Shown: positions 38,806 to 51,700 of the stretch, piece after piece
How the letters are laid out: every line of letters begins with the position of its first letter
Position numbering within the stretch: position 1 is the first letter of the stretch
DNA from: Camelus dromedarius
Lineage: Eukaryota
Length of the DNA stretch: 64,000 bases
Assembly (NCBI RefSeq): GCF_036321535.1
Contig: NC_087437.1
Location: 26,910,001-26,974,000 of the forward strand
Direction of reading: 5' to 3'
Translations under genes and position numbers: made by a program
Notes under the pieces: model-generated
The model's database searches: none
The model's input: the letters and a program-made list of their open reading frames with translations, nothing else
What the model was told of the DNA's origin: nothing

Positions 38806-39080
38806 ATTTCCATCACAGTAAAAACAACAAATCACCTAGAAATAAACTTAACCAAGGTTACCTATACTCTGAAAACCGAAATGACACAAAGAAATGGAAA
38901 GATTTCTTGTGCTCTTGGATTGGAAGAATCAACACTATCAAAACGGCCACACTACCCAAAGCAATCCACAGATCCAACGCAACCCCCATCAAAATACTCA
39001 AGACATTCCTCACAGAACTAGAACAAACAATTCCAAAATTTATAAGGAACCACAAAAGACCCCGAACTGCCAAAGCAATC
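38806..39080 (+). mobile_element. L1 ORF2 internal fragment with clustered T>C changes
   Basis: Translates [28 protein letters not shown]...; aligns without gaps to 34861-35020. Confidence 0.9.
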
Positions 39081-40951
39081 TTTTGTAGGTCTATTTTTTT
39101 TCTCTTTTTTCTTTTTTTGTTCTCTTTTCTTATGGTTTGACGACTAGAGAAGGTCCTTTAACATTTGTTGTAAAGCTGGCTTAGTGGTGCTGAAATCTTT
39201 TAGCTTTTGTTTATCTGTGAAGCTTTTGATTTCTCCATCAAGTCTGAACTAGAGCCTTGCTGGATAGAGTATTCTTGGTTGTAACTTTCCCCCTTGCATC
39301 ACTTTAAATATATCTTGCCACTCCCTTCTGGCCTGTAGAGTTTCTGCTGAAAAATCAGCTGATAACCTTATGGGAGTTCCCTAGTATGTTATTTGCTGCT
39401 TTTCTCTTTCTAATTTTAATATTTTCTCCTTATCCTTAATTGTCAATTTGATGACTATGTGCCTTGGTGTGTTCCTCTTTGGGTTGATCCTGTGTGGTAC
39501 TCTCTGTTCTTCCAGGACTTCAGTGACTATTTCTTTTCCCAAGTTGGGGAAGTTTTCGGTTATTATCTCTCCAAAATTTTTCTCAGGTCCTTTCTCTCTC
39601 TCTTCTCTTTCTGGGATCCCTATAATGCAAATATTAGAGCATTTCATGTTGTCCCAGAGTTCTCTTAAACTATCGTCATTCCTTTTTATTCTTTTTTCTT
39701 TTTTCTGTTCTGAAGTAGTGATTTCCACTAATCTGTCTTCTGGCTCACTGATCCGTTCTTCTGCCTCGTTTAGTCTGTTCTTGGTTCCTTCTAGTGTATT
39801 GTTCATTTCAGGGATTTTGTTCTTCAGCTCTGTTTGGATATTCGTTATATTTTCCAACTCTTTGCTAAAAACTTCATTTTGTGCGTCTGTACTCCTCTTG
39901 AGCTCTCTGAACATCTTCGCCATCATTACTTTAAACTCTTTCTCAGATAAATTACCTATCTTCTCATCACTTATTTCTTCTACTGGGATTTTATCTTGTG
40001 CCTTGGCCTGGGAGATATTCCTTTGCCACCTCATATCTATCTTTCTATGTGTTTGTGGGTTCCTTCCACAGGCTTTGGGATTATTTTTTCTTATTTCTAG
40101 TATCTGCCCCTGGTGGATGAGGCTGGACTAGAGGCTTATGCAAGTTTCCTGGCAGGAGGAGCCAATGCCTGCCCACTGCTGGGTGAAGCTTGGTCCTGGA
40201 CCTCTGGTGGGTAGGGCTGTGTCTAGAGGTGTTTGTGGCTTGGGAAGTCTGCTGATGGGTGTGGCTGTGTTCCCACCCTGTATGTTGTTTGGCCTGAGGC
40301 TTCCCTACAGGCTGTTGTGTGGGGCTAGGTCTTGGTGCTAATGATCCAATCAAGGTGTCAGCCTCCAGGAAAGCTCATGTAGATAAACACTCCAGGAATG
40401 TCTTCCACCAGTTTTTATGTCCCCTGAGTGAGCCGCAGCCGCAGCCATCCCCCATGTCCGCAGGAGACCCTCCAAATCCAGCAGGCAGGCCTGGCCCAGG
40501 TTCCTATGAAATCACTGCCTCTGCCCTTGGACCTGGTGCACATGAGTTTCCGTGTACACATCCCAAGCAAATGGAGTCTCCGTTTCCCCCAGTCCCATGA
40601 GGCTCCCAGAGCCAAGCCCCCCTGGCCCTCCTTCTCTTCCGAATGCCAGGACCCAAGCTGGGGAGCCTGACGTGGGGCCTAGAGCTCTCACTCCTGTGGG
40701 AGGGCCTCTGTGACTTAACAAATCTTCAGCTTGTGGGTCGCCCACCCGGAGGGTATGGGGCCCAATTATATAGCAAGCACGCCCCTCCTACCGTCCCACT
40801 GTGGTTCCCTCTTTGTTTCCAGAACATCTTTTTTGCTAGGTTCCAGTCTTTGTTCAATGGTTGTTTAGCATTCAGCTGTGGTTTCGTTGTAGTCATGAGG
40901 AGAGGTGAGCTCGTGGTCCTACCACTCTGCCATCTTGACTGGAACTCCCCC
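39081..40951 (-). mobile_element. L1 5' part: complete 5'UTR, ORF1 and inter-ORF spacer
   Basis: The 5' end reads GGGGGAGTTCCAGTCAAGATGGCAGAG on the minus strand, followed by a GC-rich 5'UTR and ORF1. Confidence 0.93.
39144..40034 (-). pseudogene. L1 ORF1p, 297 codons in one frame with two premature stops
   Basis: Coiled coil, LRELWDNMK..NI.IIGIPEREE, PRHIVIKL, IRLSADFSAETLQARREW, YPA motifs. Internal TAG at 39381-39383 and 39249-39251. Confidence 0.92.
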
Positions 40952-41307
40952 AACATTAAGTTACTGCATTGTGATATATTATGCATTGTTATCGCACAAC
41001 TGATTTTTTTTTCTTGGCCAGGAGAACTACAGCCCCTAAGCCAGTGCCCCTAAATCTTGCCAGCATGTGGTTGAGACTAGCACACATATGCTTTAGTAAT
41101 GAACTCTCTTACACAGTTTTATGTGAGCAGATGGAAGTAGGTTTGATTTCCAAAAAAGGTACGTGTGTGTGTGTGTATGCATGTGTACACGCATATGGAA
41201 TGGCAGAAGTACCACAAAAGGAATTTTAACCACCAACATATCTTAATATATCAGTAATCACCAATGTTAAATTATGGCATATAGCTTATGTAAACTAAAT
41301 AAAAATA

Positions 41308-41481
41308 CAAGTTGACCCTTGAACAACGTGGGGAGGTTAATTTATAGCTGACCTCTGTGGTTTACTCCACATCTGCAGATTCAACCAACCCTGGACCTTG
41401 AAGCATTGTAGTACTTACTATTGAAAAATATCCTCATGTAAGTGGACCCAGTTCAATCTTGAGTTGTTCAAGGGTCAACTG
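41308..41481. mobile_element. MER8/Tigger2-type MITE (TcMar-Tigger)
   Basis: TIRs agttgacccttgaacaac / gttgttcaagggtcaact, flanked by TA. Confidence 0.88.
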
Positions 41482-43187
41482 TATACAAATCATGGGATTT
41501 GTCTTAAACATTTCCCCTGAACACAATTTGAAAACCATGGCCTAGATTATTCTATTTTATGATTAACCACATGTCGGCCATGATAACATTTGGAGAATCT
41601 TTAATTTCCTTTTCCATATCAGGTAAAATTGTTACCTAAACTTTTGTACTCTGAGAAAGAAATAATTTTTGTGTAAAACCCTTTGTGTAAAATGGCTTGA
41701 AATACATTTGCCTATGAAGTCCGTACTTTATTCTCGCTGGGGGAAACGGAAAGTACTTACTGAGCACATCAGCTAGGATTCTTATATTTTGTAGAATGCG
41801 GATATTTCAAGGATCTGTAATGAGAACGTGGTGCTCCATGGACAAACCTCATTCAGGAAAACACTGCTGGATATCCTCTATGTTGGTGGTTCCCCATTTC
41901 AACTGACCACTGGATTATCCAGGATGCCCTGGATGTAAAATCCTTTTTTAAAAATCCTGATGCCCCGATGCCTGGCTTTCCCCCCAGCCCCCACCCTGAA
42001 ATTGTGACTTAAATTCATATGGGGTGAGTTTCAGGGGCTGGTATTTTCAAAAAGTGCCATGGGGAGTCTAACATGAATTCAGTGTTGGAAAGCCCGCTTC
42101 TATCTGGAAGGGCTTATTTTGGGTACTAGAGGAAGAACGATTATCAATGTCTCCAATGGGAAAGGAAAATAAAGAATAATTTAACATATTATGTTAAGTG
42201 CTAAAGAAGAGACAATATAGAAAGTATTATATTGAATTAATAAATAAGTAGTTAAATCTGATGTTGAGCTCCTTCTGATAGACTTATAGTAATTATAAAG
42301 TTGGCAGAGTGTAGAGAGGCTTTCGGTGGCTTCCTGGAGTTGATGATGGTTGAGTTGGAAGTAGGGTTCTCTCAGCAGGGAAAAAATGATATGAATAAAA
42401 GTGTAAGGCCATGAGATATAGAGAGTCATCCTCCACTTCTGACAGTGGACAAAGATGCTCAGGACTTTGGGGTCACCTGACTCATTTCCTAATCCTGAGC
42501 ACAACCTCCCAGAACGGGTCCCTGATCCCCCTTTTGTGGTACCCTGTGTATACTGGGAGGACTGGGTCTTCGCAGTAAATTCCGTATGCTGAGAAAGAGC
42601 ATTAATTCTTTCAGATAATCATGCCCAAGGAGACATAATTTCATTAATGGAATTTATATAGCTTGATAAGTTAATGCGTCTTCCCAAAGTAAGCATCTTA
42701 GTCACTTCTCAAGAGCAGGACAAAAGCCATTACCTTGTCAGGGTAAAACATAAAGCAAAGAACTCTTTCCCCCACGAGGTCTGATAAAGCAAATCACCTA
42801 CGTGGAAAGACACTATTTTTGCCTGAAAGATAGGAGCACCTGGTGAGTCATAAATCAATAAAAACATAACCATAAGCTATTTAGTGATTCATCCATTACT
42901 TATTTCTAAAATAAGCTTCCAGCAGAAGAGCATTTTACTTATACCCTCAGATTCTGCTCTAAGACGCACCCATAAAAAAATCTAGGGTCAAATCATGCCT
43001 TTGACTGCTAGGGGAAAATTCCCATTGATGCAAAAACTCAGGAAATCTGTGGTTTGCAGAAGAAAGGTAACAATATCTATCTCATTGCTTCCATTTGAGA
43101 AAGCTTTCAGACTTTCTTGTCTGTAGCTAAATGAAATTGGATTTTACTTTTCATACTTTTTTTTATTTTTGAAAAGAATTTCACTAA

Positions 43188-43828
43188 GTGTGGCAAAGTG
43201 TATTTTCCGAAAATGGCCAAAGCAATATTCCCAGGGTCAGCTGTCTGCCCTTTGCCATTTCCCCGTTAAGAGGAAGAGTCTACCTACTTCCCTTCCCTTT
43301 GAAGCCTGGCAGACCTTTGTGACTGCCTAGATGAAAAGAATGTGGTACAAGTGACTTTAGAGTGTCTGTTTCTTTTCTCCTTTGAACTTGGGTGGACCTT
43401 TGTGACTGCCCAAATGATTGCAACGCACGGAAGTGATGCTTCTGAAGGTCAGTCATGAAAAGTGATTCAGCTTCCATCTGGCTGCCTCTCTTCTGGAATG
43501 CTTACCCTAAGAATCCAACCACCATATTGTCAGGAAGGCCAGGCCACATGGAGAGGCCCTGTGCAGAGGTCCTGGTAGGCAATCCCAGCTCAGGTCCCAG
43601 TCAACAGCCAGTGCCAAGTGACAGACACGGGTGCGAATGAATCTTTAGATGATTCCAGACCCCAGCCTTGGAGCCACCCCAGCTGAAGCTGAGTAGAGCA
43701 GGGTCAAGATGCCACCACTGAGCACTGCCCCCCCCCATAAACTGCATATTTGGGAACAAAATTCATCATTTTGTTTTAAGTCATTAAGTGTTGGCATTTT
43801 TTTAACACCACAATAGATAATTGGAACA
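43188..43828 (+). mobile_element. MaLR solo LTR (MLT1F/G-like)
   Basis: tgtggcaaagtgtattttccgaaaatggcc...ggccacatggagaggcc...ttgttttaagtcattaag...caatagataattggaaca. Confidence 0.8.
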
Positions 43829-45774
43829 CTAAACAACAATAGTGAATAAGCAGATTTTTTTCATTTCAAGATGATTTTCAAGAGTTAATCAATGCCACTT
43901 GAATAATTTAAAAAGACTTACTAACCAATTAAGTCTATTGTAAAATAGAAGAAAGCAGAAGGAAGATTCAAGAACTACTGTAGAACAGAGGGAGAGGAAT
44001 CTATGTTTCAGAATTACCTCCCACTTCTAATTTCCTATTTCCCTCCATCACCTAAGTTGGTATGCAATAGCCAGTTTATTTAGGGAAGACCAGAGCCAAG
44101 AAATTTAAGTAAGGTTACCCAAACCTCGATCTGACTTACTTGCCTCCTATTTATTAATATGTAATAAGTATTTCAGTCCCAAGAAGTGATGCAGATTACC
44201 TTCCTAGAATCTTCTCTTTCTCCTCACTGTGGACAGATACACAGCCTGCACCTGGGGACCAGCTATTCCAGTGCCCTTCTGCCCAGCACTGAGCAGATTT
44301 CCACAATGGTAGTTGCCGTCCCACATGCTGAACCCCCTCACCCACATCCCAGCCTTTTTTGCCACGTCCTCTTGTGGCCAATCTTGAGCTACCACTTTCT
44401 CAGTTCTTTTCCTGTGGTCGCCAGTGCTGATGAGGGACATCATAGCTACACTAAGTCACTCTGTGCTTATTTCAAGTCAACATTCATGTTATTCAGCAAG
44501 ACTTTTAAAATTTCAGCCTTCTTAAATTGCGTATAATCTGGAAGTTCGCTGTCCCAGACTTTTTCAAAATACCCTACTTAGACTCAATGCTTCTAATATA
44601 TGACCTAAATGACTTTATATGAATTTAGAGGTCATTGGAACTCACTGTCCTTCTTCTGTGATCTGATATCATTACATTTCGAAAGCTTTGCCCCTCAGCC
44701 CTGGTTTGGAGTGTGTGTCGCCTCTGATATACATTTCCTTCTGATGGGGAAAAAGAATCTTTCCTTGGACCTCCTTCTGTTCCCCCAGCATATAGTCGTG
44801 CTTTTCTGCCTGAATACGGCCTCGTTGGGCCAGCCGACTTCTCACCCAGCACTGACCTTGTGGTCTCTAATACACACATGTACACACACACTGTCACATA
44901 TCTGAACAAAAAAGTCACAAAAATACTTATAATTATCACGAGCATTGTATTCTCTTATACATGATTCCATTTAATTATATTCTACATTTTAAAATGCTGG
45001 CCTACTAGTAGTTTGAGGATTGCAGTTTAAAAGGCACATGTGTAGAGGGAAAGGCTGGGTTACCAGTCCGCAGGCAGGTATGAGCCAGACCGAGAAGGAA
45101 GAACTAAAGACCAAAGTTGGTATCAGGAATTTCTTAATAGAGAAGGGACAGCAGATAGCAAACCAAGTTCAAATAACAGACTTGAACAATTCAAGGTGGG
45201 ACACAGAGAAAAAAAATTCAAGAAGAAAGTACATTTAGACTTTTAAGTGTGTATATTTACAGACTCAAACCCAGTGGACAGACAAGTGGCAAGTAAGTGG
45301 GCCCTAATTTTAAACCCAGTGGGACTGGTGCCACACGGAGGAGACAGAGAAGAGCTCATTTCCTATTACCCGGTGGGCTGTTGGAGCATGATGTTTTGCC
45401 TGAGAGATCTGCAGACAACCTGAGCAAATGCTTGTGGAGGCAGAGAAATCTAGAAAAGTTAAACTGGCAAATGCAGGAAGATTAGAAAGAAGGCAGATAC
45501 ACAGCCTCTCTGCTGAGGGAAGTTTTAGCAGTTGGAGCATCTCCGGGAAGGTGGATACAAAGACCAGGGAAGGAAACTGCTCAGTTTAGAGAAAGCCTAA
45601 GGCTTATCGAATCCTATGGAGGATGCAGCATTTGAGGACAGAAACCAAATGAAGGCTTATTGCCTGAAGAACAAATGCAGAAAATTAAGCCAAAATTTCT
45701 AGGGTCTCTGATCCTGCACAGGTGGAAGGCAACGGGACTTACAGTAGAAGAACCACTGGCCAAAATATGGAAGC

Positions 45775-45932
45775 TTATTCTTAACTGTTCCATGCCTCAG
45801 TTTCCCAAGCTGTAAAATGTGGATCATAATAGAATCTCCCTCATAGGATGATTGGAAGGATTAACTGGATTTATATCTGTGAAGAGTTTAGAACTGGGCC
45901 TGCCATATGACGAGCATTAAGTAAGTGTTCCT
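45775..45932 (+). mobile_element. MIR
   Basis: tgcctcagtttcccaagctgtaaaatgtggatcataatagaatctccctcatagg. Confidence 0.75.
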
Positions 45933-47231
45933 GCTGTAGTTGTTTTTACTGCAAAATTCAAATAGTATCAAATCTTGATTCCAAAGTTTCCAGTTTCTTT
46001 GACTCTTTTAAGTTGCTGAATGACTTCATCAACTGAGGCTTCAGCTTGAATAAGATGGAGAAGGGTCCATGTTTTGGGAGAATCTCCATTTCTTTTCAGC
46101 TCCAGTGATACTCCTGGCCTCTTCCCAGTCCCTCATCACTGTTCCTGGGAAAGACAAGTGGCTTGTTTATTGAGTTTGAAAAAACTGCTTAGAATGTGCC
46201 TTTCCATACCATCTCCTCTTTCACTTTTGGGTGCAACATGCCTGCCGGAAGTATTAATTTTCTGCTTCTCCATGTCATAAACCTGCAAGATCAGGCCTAC
46301 GATTGCCTAGAGCTGCTTGTTACTGGCTGGGACATTTGTCTAATTCAAGGGTGAAGCAGAGGAGGCCTGTTGTGGCCATAAATCTAACACAAGTCATGTC
46401 TTCCAATCAGAAATTTATTATAATAAAACGTATCTTACTGTCTGAGCTCTGTGCCTTTGTCTCAGTTGGTTTTGAACCCAGGAATGGAAGGGAATGGTAC
46501 TATTTTGTGTCTTCCTAAATCTTGGGAGGGAAAACTCATGCAAGGCATTAAAGTTTTAGTTTCAAAGCAAGTACGCACTTTATAAAAGGTATACTATCAC
46601 ATTTAGATGTTTCTTTCTTTCCTGTGTTGATCTTTTTGGATACTCAAATTTTTATTTCCTCCTGATACCGTATAGCTGATTAAGCCATTAGCAACTTTAA
46701 TAATGTATTCTGTTTTCACAAAAGGGTGTTTTCCTAACATGTGCTCTATCCATGCCCGATGAGTCCTTGGTAGCCACCCCAAATGGAAGCCATTTTCCAT
46801 AGTGATAATTAATGACAAAAGTGCCATTCCTGTTACAATCAACCCTGTGTCTCAATCAATATTCCCAACATACGGCAGCCTAATGAATCACTTGTATGTA
46901 TTCGTAAAGTGCATCTGTCCAGAGCAGTCGTTCTCCACCAGAGGGATATTTCTGATTCACTTTGGGAGCTTTTATAAAGTGCACGGTAACATCGTTCACT
47001 TCTCTAGCACAAGATTCTAGCCACCTTATGGTCATAAGTAATCTCCAGTTATATCAGAAAATAGACTGACAGGTTCTTAGTTTGTCTTCTTTATTTATAT
47101 TTTCTATGCTTGTATGTCTTCTGATTTCTGAGTCTTTCAACCTTAGTTACTTCTTATTTTATTCTAACCTATGTCCTATTTTCAAATATATATCAAATTG
47201 GTCTTTTACTTGTTGGGGTTGATATACTTAA

Positions 47232-47492
47232 TGGCTCAGAGTGTGGAATTTTATGGTACTAGTGAAATCTGGATTAAGGACTCGGACCTGCCTCTGTGTA
47301 ACTTTTCTTAATCAGTCATAAGCCCTGATTTCCTTACCTATAAAATAGAGACCAAAGGGGTATCTATCTCATAGGGTTATTGTGAGGATTAAAAGACAAA
47401 ATGAGCTGATGTATATCAAGTGCTCGGTAAAATGTGCAACCCAAATATATGAAAAATAGTAAGTGTTCAATAGTGTTATCTATTATTATTAT
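47232..47492 (+). mobile_element. MIR
   Basis: tttccttacctataaaatagag...atctatctcatagggttattgtgaggattaaa. Confidence 0.75.
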
Positions 47493-47992
47493 CTTGTGTT
47501 AATTTCAAGAGGAGTTTTTCTCTTTAATCTTTGTCTAATAATCTTTTATTATTTCTTACTTTCTATGTTGCTGTCCATCTCAAGTGGCTTTAAATGACAA
47601 TTATCTGTTTTCTTCAAAGGAATAAACTTACTACTTTATTAGCTTCAATTGGAATTAATTAAATAACCAAGTCAACTATACAGTAATGGACAATTTATCT
47701 CACATAATTCTTTTAATATGTATATTTTTGAGTGCCTGTCAATTGACTGGAGTCTGTAAGATTCCTTTCCTTAAATTGTATCATTTACTTTAAAATATTT
47801 TACTATTTCAGACTGGCCTTCCCCAATTTTTCTGAATTAATTATGTGTGTCTATGTAAGAAACAATAAACTGATCTAATTTGGTCTATAATGAACCATAG
47901 TGTGGAAAACCTCAGTGCCAATTCATCCATCCAGTAATGAATATTCCCACATGAAGTGTCACTCCGTTCCATCTTCCATGCTTTACTAAGAA

Positions 47993-48140
47993 TTAGAGCT
48001 GCCAGATGAAATGCAAGATGCCCAATTAAATTTGAATTTCAGACAAAAAAATGAATATATGTCCCAACTATAGCAGAGGGTATACTTCCACAGCACTATT
48101 CATTATTTAACTGAAATTCAAATTTAGCTGGCATTGCTAA
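47993..48140. mobile_element. MER33-like hAT fragment
   Basis: gctgccagatgaaatgcaagatgcccaattaaatttgaatttcagac...ctgaaattcaaatttagctgg. Confidence 0.7.
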
Positions 48141-49704
48141 GTCTTGCTAAGGATGTGAGCAGAAAGGAGATTTAAAAACTGAAAAAAAGGTAATGCATTT
48201 AGTACGATTGCTAAACTTAGAGATTGCCGGGCCATGCTCTCCTCTTGTGTTTATGTATATATTTAACTTAATCAACCAGTTATTTGCCATAACTGAAGAA
48301 AAAGCTGCCTGTGTTCCCTCACTTTGTGGTTAGAGGGGACATAGCTCAATCTACAAATCCAGGACCAGAATGTTGTTGGCGGTCATGCTGGTCAGGCTTA
48401 ATGGATGTAATATCAAAGGGCCAATTCAAGCCTGCTGTCTTTCCAGGGGCCCTAAGCCCCACCTTGCTTTTCTACCTTCCTGAATCTTGTCTGTGTACAA
48501 TTCCTCCATTGATTTCTCGGGCTTCATCTGGAGTTCCACCTGGGTAGAGCCGGCAGGATCAGATTCATATATCAAACACAGAAAATAGCTCCATACATAG
48601 ATTGGTGTGTAAAGGCTATGAGATCAGTACCTGACAGTGACTTTTGCCTATAATTTATTTGTCAGCTTCAGTTCTCTGAGCTCAGACTTAATGACCAGGT
48701 AACACAAACCTCAGTTTTAGAAGAAATTAATTTGGCTTTGGGCCTCTTTCTGTAAGTGGGGAAGCAGAACTCCCTCTCTCTTTTCTGCAGTGTGCAGTTT
48801 TGGCTTTCATTCTGTAAATATCCAGTCATCGTTACTGTCTTTAAAGTATCTTTGCTTGGCCTCTGGTCCCGCCATGTACCCCGGTGACAGGGCCAAGGTA
48901 ACTAAGTCTTGGAAACTGCATACTGAGCTGGTCAGAAGAAAGGAAAGGGATCATCTGCTGAGCTCTGATCGTACTCTCAATCGGGAAAAGTGCTGGAGCC
49001 TAAGATAATGGGACGGTCGTTGCCTTTCTTCAATTAAGTGCATTTTTCCTCTTCTATCCGGAAAAAAAGGCATAAAAACATTCTCTATTAGAGTAACTCA
49101 CCTGGAAATATCTGCGTTGTCTCCTAGAAAGGGGGCATCAATAACTACCCAGTGGTACATTCCTACAGGAAAAAAGAGCTATTGGCCTACATATAGGGCA
49201 TAACTGTCAATGATGAAAACAGTAAATTTGAAGGATTAGGTCGCTGCACCTGTTTCTACAAATTAACGTTCATAGTTAAAGTTACAGGGTTGTATTATAG
49301 TGGGGGGACAGTGATTAGCTTAGATAATACACATACACACACAAATATCTCAAACTTGCTATTTGGATTAAAGCAGTATTCTTTCAAAAAATAACTATAA
49401 AAAGAACAGTTGATTACCAAAAATGGAGTATCATAAAAAACAAAGATTAATATATATATATATGAATCGAATACTGTCTCATAAAAAGTGGAAGATGAAG
49501 ATTACAATATATTTAAAATATATTTCATATTGTATAAATAACTTAATGAAGACTGAACCCTAGAGTAATATATACCCTTATTCATGTGAATCACACATTA
49601 TATAACCCAAACATACACATGGCACTTTGCATAGACATGTATGTGTGTTCAAATAGTATATTTTCCTCTAAGATGGGGGTTGGTGGATTACAGCTCATAG
49701 ATTG

Positions 49705-49835
49705 GATGTTTGTTTTTGTAAATAAAGTTTTGTTAGAACACAGACACACCCATCTGTTTACGTATTGTCTGTGGCTCCTTCCACACAACACAGTGGACGT
49801 GAATAGTTCCAATAGTGATTATATGGCCCATGAAA
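49705..49835. mobile_element. MER58-like fragment
   Basis: tgtttttgtaaataaagttttgttagaacacagacacacccatctgtttacgtattgtctgtggct. Confidence 0.8.
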
Positions 49836-50533
49836 AATTTCAATAAGACACAAATATGTACCTGATCTTTTAAAGAAAAAAAATGAAGACATGGTTATGG
49901 TATCTGTAGCCATAAAAAAAAAAATCATGTCTGTTTTAACAATTTCATAACATGAAATTCAGTTTAACTCTTCATTGGACAGAGGAACAGGAAAGCCAGC
50001 TACTGGGTGAAGATTTGAATGTGCGTGGAGATGAGCAGAAGAAACTTCTCTGGGTGTCCACTCCAAGTTTCCTCTTTTTTTATAATTTTACTTCTATTTC
50101 TCTCTGCTCATTTTTATTATTCTGTTTCTAGCTTCTTGTCATTTATCTCTGTTCTACTTGTTTCCACATTTTTCACATTTCCATCATTTTCCACATGTAT
50201 TTAAATTTAAATTTGGGATTCTTGTAAAAGCATAAGGACTTTTTGCATAGAAGATGTATTTACCCATATCTGTAAGAGCAGTGTTGAAAACTTTTCATCT
50301 CTAATGAACTAAAATGATAAACTGAGTAAGATGAGTAGGCCTCTTGACAGTTTCCCTGACATTTGTTTGATGCTGTGTAACAGCAAGGCAGGGAAAATCC
50401 TATCTGGTTCAATATACATGTAATACGCTTTGGTGGTAACTCTGGTAATTTTTCAGACTTTGGAGACCAAAAGGCAAATAAAATAGGTCCAGACTTTTTG
50501 TTGTTCCCTTTCATACATCTTGCACTTTCTTCT

Positions 50534-50722
50534 TTAAAAAAGAAAATTTTTTTTTATTGAGGCATAGTTGGTTTACAATGTTGTGTTAATTTCTGGTGTA
50601 TAGCTTAGTGATTCGGTTATCCATATCCATGTATTTCTTTTCATGTTCTTTTTTATTATAGGTTATTACAAAGATATTGAGTATAGTTCCCTGTGCTATA
50701 CAGTAGAACCTTGTTGTTTACT
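50534..50722 (-). mobile_element. Short L1 3'-terminal fragment
   Basis: Same family as 19471-19639. TSD ttgcactttcttct (50520-50533 / 50723-50736). Confidence 0.88.
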
Positions 50723-51069
50723 TTGCACTTTCTTCTAAGTGGTTAGGATCATTTGCCCTTTGTGTGTGCAAGGGGGTGTGATTTAAGTAGATCTTGCTCT
50801 AGACTATCCGCGAAGACCAGGAGGACGTCTTGTGCTTATACTTTTATTTCCAGTGCCTATTGTATACTAGGTCCTCCAAGAATATTTACCGAACTGCTTG
50901 AATGAATGACAGAGGGTCATTGAAACATTTTAATAATTAGAAGGACAAGCTCATTTAAGTCTTAACCTAAGTGATTCTAGCAGTAAAGTTTAGATTTATA
51001 GGATGTCAGACTGAGACTGAGTTGGGTCTTGTAACATTCCAAGACAGAAAATACAGAAAATTCTTTAAT

Positions 51070-51700
51070 TAAAGAAACATTAATTGAACATGCTTTATAG
51101 GCTAGATACTGTTTTCAGTATTGGACAATCAAGACAAACTTGATTAAGACACAGTCTTTACAATTTAGGATGCCTATGAAATGTGTGGTAAATTCTGATT
51201 AGAAAACTCAAAGGAAAGTGTTTAATGGAGAATATGGCATGTGAGAATGGCACTGAGGGATAAATAGGAATCTGATTGGGAGAAAGGGTATTATAGGCTG
51301 TGGGAGTAAATAAAGCCAAAGAGGGTAGAAGGCAATGCTCGCCACTGGCTGGCAAACAGTCTACTGTGAGGGCAGCACTTAGGGAAAGTAATATCTTGAA
51401 CTACCAAGAAAGGTGGCAACATGCTGACTCTGACAAAAAGTGAGCGGGAAGCACTGAAAGTTTCCCAGAGGATATAATGTGATACAATTTGTGTTTTAGG
51501 AAGAGAAGTTTGGTGGCTGTATCAGGAGTAGGCGACAGGTGAGAAATTTGGTAAGAAGCCTATGGGAATAGCTCCAAATTCAGACAATAAATACTGAACT
51601 AATGAATTCAGTATGGTGGAGGAGAGGAAGACTGAATACTAGGACACTGAGGAGAGAGGGATCAACAAATTTGGACATGGTGTGAGTGTTTGGGGTGAAC
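51070..51700 (-). mobile_element. Degenerate L2
   Basis: aaacattaattgaacatgctttataggctagatactg...gaagcactgaaagtttcccagaggatataatgtgatacaatttgtgttttagg. Confidence 0.55.

Noticed and set aside
39448..40131. 227-aa plus-strand ORF, the longest in the track
   Set aside because: Antisense shadow of L1 ORF1; its S/F/L-rich composition mirrors the A-rich coding strand.
40081..41053. Many overlapping ORFs on both strands
   Set aside because: GC-rich L1 5'UTR with few stop codons; no support for a specific antisense ORF.
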